From the NCBI GenBank assembly GCA_021806565.1, contig JAJZXK010000001.1:32314-96313 (forward strand): DNA of 64,000 bases. Reading direction: 5' to 3'. Every line of letters begins with the position of its first letter. Within the stretch, counting starts at the first letter, position 1. Source of the DNA: Bacillota bacterium (lineage in GTDB: Bacteria; Bacillota; Sulfobacillia; RBS10-35; JAJYVN01). Positions 59,467-64,000 of this stretch are shown here, piece by piece. The translations under genes and the position numbers were made by a program. Below the pieces are notes generated by a model. It worked only from the letters and a program-made list of their open reading frames with translations, had not been told where the DNA came from and made no database searches.

Positions 59467-61896
59467 GTGATGATGACGATGGATTCGTTCTGGCGGCCCT
59501 GCCCGCCGGAGCGGTGGCGGCGTCCCCCGGTCGACGGGGGCACGGGGGCGGTTGCGCAGAGGGTGGCCGAACTTCTTGCCGCGCTGCGTGCGGGTGGCGC
59601 GGCCGGCCTCGCCCGCATCGAGGCGGCGCTGCGCGCCGACCCCGCGGTCGCGGTGGACCGGGCGTTGCAAACGGACCCGCTGGATCCTTCCGTGATGGTA
59701 GAGGTCCCGGCCGCCGACGTGGCCGCCGCCTGGGATTCGGCGCCGGCGGCGTTGCGGGAGGCGCTGCGCACGACGCGGCGACGGCTGCGTGATGTCCTCG
59801 CCCCGGCGGTACCTCGGCCCCGCCGGCACCTGGACGCGGGTGGCAACCTGGCGCAACTGCGCCCGGTGCCGCTCGAGCGGGTCGGGGTATACGTCCCCGG
59901 CGGCCGCGCGGCGTATCCCTCCAGCGTGCTCATGTGTGTGGTGCCGGCGCGCCTGGCCGGTGTCGGCACGGTGGTGCTGTGTACTCCGGCTGGTGCGGAC
60001 GGACGCGCCGATCCGGCGGTCCTGGCCGCGGCCGCGGTGGCCGGGGTGGATCGGGTCTTCCGGCTGAATGCAGTTCCGGCGCTGGCCGCCATGGCCTGGG
60101 GACTTTCCCCGCTGCCGCCTTGCGACAAGGTGGTGGGACCCGGGAATCCGTACGTGGTGGAGGCCAAGCGGCAGTTGTATGGTGCGGTCGGCCTGGACGG
60201 CCTGCCCGGGCCTTCGGAGATCGTGGTGTTGGCATCCACGGGTGCGGATCCGCAGTGGGTGGCGGCCGACCTCTTGGCCCAAGCCGAGCACGGGCCCGAC
60301 AGCCTCTGCCTGTTGGTGACCGACGACGCTGATCTCGCCGCGGCCGTCGGAGCCGCTCTGGCGGCGCGGCTCGACGCCCTGCCGGCACAGCGGGCCCGGG
60401 ACGCGGCCGCTTCGTTGCGCGCCAGCGGCGGCCCCGTGCTGGTGGCGGCGCCGGCTGCCGGGTTGGCGTTCGCGGAGCACGTCGCCCCGGAGCACCTCTC
60501 GCTTCAGGGAAGTGCCGCGGAGTCCCTGGCGCCCCGGGTGCGCCGCGCGGGGGCGCTCTTTGTGGGGCCCTGGTCTCCGGTGGCCGGGGGCGATTACGCC
60601 GCCGGCACAGACCACGTGCTGCCGACGGCTGGCGCGGCGCGGTACGCCTCGGCCCTGGGGCCGTCGGACTTCGTGCGCACCATGCAAGTCTTTCATGGCA
60701 GTGCGGCCGGCTGTCGGCTCTGGGCCCCGGCCGCGGCGACGCTGGCCCGGGCGGAAGGTTTCGCCGCCCACGCCGCATCCATCGAGGAGCGGTTGGCGGT
60801 GGCACCCGCCGGAGAACTCGCGGCGGCACCGCCGGCGCCGTATGTGCCGGCGGTGCCGCCGGGAGCGGTGCGCATGGACCTCAACGAAAACCCCTTCGCC
60901 TGGTCGGAGCCGCTTTGGCAAGACGTGTTGGCGCGTCTACGCACCGCCGAGCCGACCCGATACCCGCGCGACACGCAGCGGTTGGAGGCGGCGCTGGCGG
61001 AGTATGCCGGGGTCGCGCCCTCCCAGTGTCTGGCGGCCAACGGTTCCGACGAACTGCTGCTGGCGGCCGTCGCCGCCTGGGGCCACCGGGTGCGGCGCGT
61101 CCTGTTTCCGGCGCCGACCTTCGGTATGTATCGTCGCTTGGCCGAGGCGGCCGGGCTGGAGGCGGTCGCGCTCCCTGTCGGTCCCGCGCCCGGCTTCGCG
61201 CTGCCGGTGGATGACCTGCTGGCCGAGGTGGCCAAGGGTGGGGAGACGCTGCTGTTTTTGTGCCGGCCGAACAACCCGACGGGCAGCCTCTGGCCGCGGG
61301 ATGCGGTGGAGCGGCTGGTTGCGGCCGAAGGTGTCTGGGCGGTCCTCGACGAGGCATACCTGGAGTTTGCGGGTCCGGGGGCCGGACTCACCGAGTGGAT
61401 CGACCGCCACCCGCGACTGTGCCTGCTGCGCACGATGAGCAAGGCGTTCGGTCTGGCCGGTTTGCGTGTCGGTTACGCCCTGTGCGGCGCGCAGGGTCTG
61501 GAGCCGCTGCGGGCGGCCGTGCAGCCCTGGGCGGTCAGCAGCTTCTCGTGCGTCGCCGCCCTGGCAGCCCTGGGCCGGCGGGACGAGATGTCGCGGACGG
61601 TTGCGCTGTTGGTCGCCGAGCGGGACCGCCTGACCTCCGGCCTGGCGCGCCTTCGCGGGGTGACCCCGTATCCCAGTTCCGCGAACTACATTCTGTTTCA
61701 AGTGGACGCGCAGCGCAGTGGTTGGCGGGCCCCGGAATTGTTTGAGGCCCTCTACCGGGAGGGCTCGGTGCTGCGCCGGTTCGCCAGCGAGCCCGCTCTG
61801 GCGGACTGTCTGCGTGTGAGTGTTGGCCAACCGCACGAAAACGACCGGTTGTTGGCGCTGCTCGAGGCGGCGTTGGGGGCGCGGGCGGGCGCCTGA
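59467..61896 (+). CDS. hisD: apparent fusion of histidinol dehydrogenase (HisD) and histidinol-phosphate aminotransferase (HisC) in one 809-aa frame
   Basis: N-terminal about 440 aa carry HisD motifs (GPGNPYVVEAKRQLYG, AEHGPDS). A Pro/Ala linker follows. The C-terminal about 345 aa carry HisC motifs (MDLNENPF, TMSKAFGLAGLRVGY). No stop codon lies between them. Confidence 0.8.
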   Translation: MMMTMDSFWRPCPPERWRRPPVDGGTGAVAQRVAELLAALRAGGAAGLARIEAALRADPAVAVDRALQTDPLDPSVMVEVPAADVAAAWDSAPAALREALRTTRRRLRDVLAPAVPRPRRHLDAGGNLAQLRPVPLERVGVYVPGGRAAYPSSVLMCVVPARLAGVGTVVLCTPAGADGRADPAVLAAAAVAGVDRVFRLNAVPALAAMAWGLSPLPPCDKVVGPGNPYVVEAKRQLYGAVGLDGLPGPSEIVVLASTGADPQWVAADLLAQAEHGPDSLCLLVTDDADLAAAVGAALAARLDALPAQRARDAAASLRASGGPVLVAAPAAGLAFAEHVAPEHLSLQGSAAESLAPRVRRAGALFVGPWSPVAGGDYAAGTDHVLPTAGAARYASALGPSDFVRTMQVFHGSAAGCRLWAPAAATLARAEGFAAHAASIEERLAVAPAGELAAAPPAPYVPAVPPGAVRMDLNENPFAWSEPLWQDVLARLRTAEPTRYPRDTQRLEAALAEYAGVAPSQCLAANGSDELLLAAVAAWGHRVRRVLFPAPTFGMYRRLAEAAGLEAVALPVGPAPGFALPVDDLLAEVAKGGETLLFLCRPNNPTGSLWPRDAVERLVAAEGVWAVLDEAYLEFAGPGAGLTEWIDRHPRLCLLRTMSKAFGLAGLRVGYALCGAQGLEPLRAAVQPWAVSSFSCVAALAALGRRDEMSRTVALLVAERDRLTSGLARLRGVTPYPSSANYILFQVDAQRSGWRAPELFEALYREGSVLRRFASEPALADCLRVSVGQPHENDRLLALLEAALGARAGA

Positions 61897-61914
61897 TCGC
61901 AAAGGGGGGTGCGA

Positions 61915-62515
61915 GTTGGCAGAGGTGGGGCGCCGGGCCGAGGTGCGCCGGCAGACCAAGGAGACAGACATCCGCCTGCGTCTGGATGTGGACGGCACGG
62001 GAACCTGCGGCAGTGCGACCGGGGTGGGATTCCTCGATCACATGTTGTCGGCGTTCTGCCGCACCGCGTTGTGCGACCTGGAGGTGCAGTGCCGCGGCGA
62101 CCTTGTCGTGGAACCGCACCACAGCGTCGAGGATGTCGGGTTGTGCCTCGGACAGGCCCTGCGCCAGGCGCTGGGGGACCGTGCCGGGGTGCGGCGCTAC
62201 GGTGCGGCCCTGGTACCCATGGACGATGCCCTCGCCCAGGTGGCGCTGGACCTGTCGGGCCGTCCCTATCTCGCATGGGGGCCGCAACTGCCCCTGCAGA
62301 CCCTCGGGACCTTCCAGACCGACCTGGCCGAGGAGTTCTGGCGGGCCGTGACGGCGCAGGCGGCGTGGACCCTGCACGTGGACCTGCTGCGCTGGCGCAA
62401 TGCCCACCACGCCCTGGAGGCAATCTGGAAGGCCGCCGGCCTGGCGCTGCGATCGGCGGCCGCGCGGGATGCGCGCATCGTCGGCACGCTCTCGACCAAG
62501 GGCGTGCTGGCATGA
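61915..62515 (+). CDS. hisB: imidazoleglycerol-phosphate dehydratase HisB
   Basis: VRRQTKETDIRLRLDVDG...GFLDHML...HHSVEDVGL. TTG/GTG start just after the hisDC stop. Confidence 0.85.
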
Positions 62516-63153
62516 GTTCGGCGCCTTCACCGCCGATCGCGATTGTGGACTACGGCGCCGGCAACCTGCACAGCGTTGCCAAGGCGGCGGCGGCGGCCGG
62601 GCTGTGTGCGGTGGTGACCGGAGATCCGGGTAGGGTGGCGGCGGCGCAGGCGATCATCCTGCCGGGGGTCGGCGCCTTCGCGCAGTGCATGGCCGAACTG
62701 GCTGCGCGCGGGCTGACCGAACCCCTGCGGGCGCATCTGGCGGCGGGCCGGCCCCTGTTGGGGATCTGCCTCGGCCTCCAGGTGCTGTTTGAGCGCGGCG
62801 AGGAGGGGGCCGGAGCGGCCGGGTTCGGCCACCTGCCGGGTACGGTCTGTCGTCTTTCGGCCCCGGGGCTGAAGGTGCCCCACATGGGATGGAACGCGGT
62901 GCGGCCGCTGCGGTCTTCACCGCTTTTCGACGGTATCCCGTCCGGCGCCTATTTCTACTTTGTGCACAGCTACCAGGCTATGGCTCAGGATCGACACGAT
63001 GTCCTGGCGGTGGCCGACTATGGCGGCCCGGTGACCGCAGCCGTGCAGCGCGGTCAAGTCTTCGCAGTACAGTTCCACCCGGAGAAGTCCAGTGTGGTCG
63101 GGCTGCGGCTGTTGCGGAACTTCGCGGCGCTCGCCGCAGGTGGTGCCGCGTGA
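62512..63153 (+). CDS. hisH: imidazole glycerol phosphate synthase, glutamine amidotransferase subunit HisH
   Basis: IAIVDYGAGNLHSV...GICLGLQVLF...VQFHPEKS. ATGA overlap with hisB. Confidence 0.9.
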   Translation: MSSAPSPPIAIVDYGAGNLHSVAKAAAAAGLCAVVTGDPGRVAAAQAIILPGVGAFAQCMAELAARGLTEPLRAHLAAGRPLLGICLGLQVLFERGEEGAGAAGFGHLPGTVCRLSAPGLKVPHMGWNAVRPLRSSPLFDGIPSGAYFYFVHSYQAMAQDRHDVLAVADYGGPVTAAVQRGQVFAVQFHPEKSSVVGLRLLRNFAALAAGGAA

Positions 63154-63890
63154 CGAGGTTCACCGTGTGGCCCGCCATCGATCTGCGCGGGCGGCAGTGT
63201 GTGCGCTTGGTGCAGGGGGACCCCGACCAGGCGGAGGTGTTCGCCCGCGATCCGGTTGCGGTCGCCTGCCGCTTCGCGGCGGAGGGCGCGACCGCCCTAC
63301 ATGTGGTGGACCTGGACGGCGCCTTCGCCGGCCGGCCGCGCCAATTGGATCTGGTGGCCGATATCGTCCGGGCGGCCGCCGTGCCGGTGCAATTCGGCGG
63401 GGGGCTGCGCAGTGAGCGTGACGTGGAGGCCGCGTTTGAAGCGGGCGTGGCGCGGGTGGTCCTGGGCACGCGGGCGCTGGACCCTTCCTTTCTAGAAGGC
63501 ATGCTGCAGCGGTGGGGCCCCGACCGCTTGCTCGCCGGCCTGGATGCGCGTGGCGAGGAGTTGGCGGTTGCGGGCTGGCAGGAGCGCACGGGGCTGGACG
63601 CGGCGGCCGCGGCGGCCCGTTTGCGGGCGGCCGGGGTGGAGAGCGCCGTCTACACGCAGGTGCAGCGCGACGGGATGTTGGCCGGCCCGGACCTGGAGGG
63701 GATCCGCCGCATCGCCGCCAGCGGGCTGCAGGTGATCGCCTCCGGTGGGGTGACGACGGCAGAGGACATCCGAACCCTGTCGGCGATGCGGTCGCAGGGG
63801 GTGTGCGGCGCCATCCTCGGCCGGGCGCTGTATGCGGGGCGCGTGACGCTTGCCGAGGCGTTGGCTGCGGCGGCCTTCGCCGCCGGGTAG
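63150..63890 (+). CDS. hisA: ProFAR isomerase HisA
   Basis: [19 protein letters not shown]...VQFGGGLRS...[15 protein letters not shown] overlap with hisH. Confidence 0.9.
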   Translation: MTRFTVWPAIDLRGRQCVRLVQGDPDQAEVFARDPVAVACRFAAEGATALHVVDLDGAFAGRPRQLDLVADIVRAAAVPVQFGGGLRSERDVEAAFEAGVARVVLGTRALDPSFLEGMLQRWGPDRLLAGLDARGEELAVAGWQERTGLDAAAAAARLRAAGVESAVYTQVQRDGMLAGPDLEGIRRIAASGLQVIASGGVTTAEDIRTLSAMRSQGVCGAILGRALYAGRVTLAEALAAAAFAAG

Positions 63891-63918
63891 GATGGCCGGA
63901 AGGGGCGGGTGGTCTCCG

Positions 63919-64000
63919 GTGCTGGCGCGGCGCATCATTCCTTGCCTGGACATCGATGAGGGGCGCGTCGTCAAGGGCGTGCGTTTCGAGAATACGAGGG
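63919..64000 (+). CDS. hisF: imidazole glycerol phosphate synthase cyclase subunit HisF (5' partial, runs off the window)
   Basis: [27 protein letters not shown] matches the HisF N-terminus. Confidence 0.7.
   Translation, partial: MLARRIIPCLDIDEGRVVKGVRFENTR

Overview
This window is about 70% GC and the coding frames carry a strong GC3 signature. Gene content and synteny match a high-GC endospore-forming Firmicute chromosome (Symbiobacterium/Thermaerobacter/Limnochorda-like), not an actinobacterium. The clearest markers are nadK-argR-recN-spoIVB-spo0A, a SpoIIM-like gene, a YtpB-like sporulene terpene synthase, a sigma-D-type flagellin locus with csrA, and an lgt-selA pair.

Recognisable housekeeping genes include typA/bipA, the queD-queE-queC queuosine genes preceded by nfo, and thiC behind a TPP riboswitch, followed by a split UxaA-like dehydratase and a cyclase. 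There is also a murE paralog, cimA, folP-folC, ald, xerD and the histidine operon hisZ-hisG-hisD/C-hisB-hisH-hisA-hisF', in which hisD and hisC form a single 809-aa reading frame. A LysM/M23 peptidase sits behind a c-di-AMP (ydaO-type) riboswitch.

The most unusual item is a DUF318/ArsP-like permease gene. It is interrupted by a single in-frame TGA that falls inside its Cys-rich signature motif. A GC hairpin starts 12 nt downstream of that TGA, and selA (the Sec synthase) lies about 4 kb away. It is therefore either a candidate selenoprotein or a nonsense pseudogene.

Other oddities:
- an eight-copy (GCCGCAA) tandem repeat in a divergent promoter region;
- several decayed genes: an Hsp20 fragment, a TnpB-like N-terminal fragment in an AT-rich island, and an F420-reductase-like pseudogene with three +1 frameshifts;
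- a GT-C glycosyltransferase and a GNAT embedded in the flagellar filament locus;
- a MurE paralog carrying DDPY in place of DNPR.

Many long ORFs antisense to real genes are GC artefacts and are listed as rejected.
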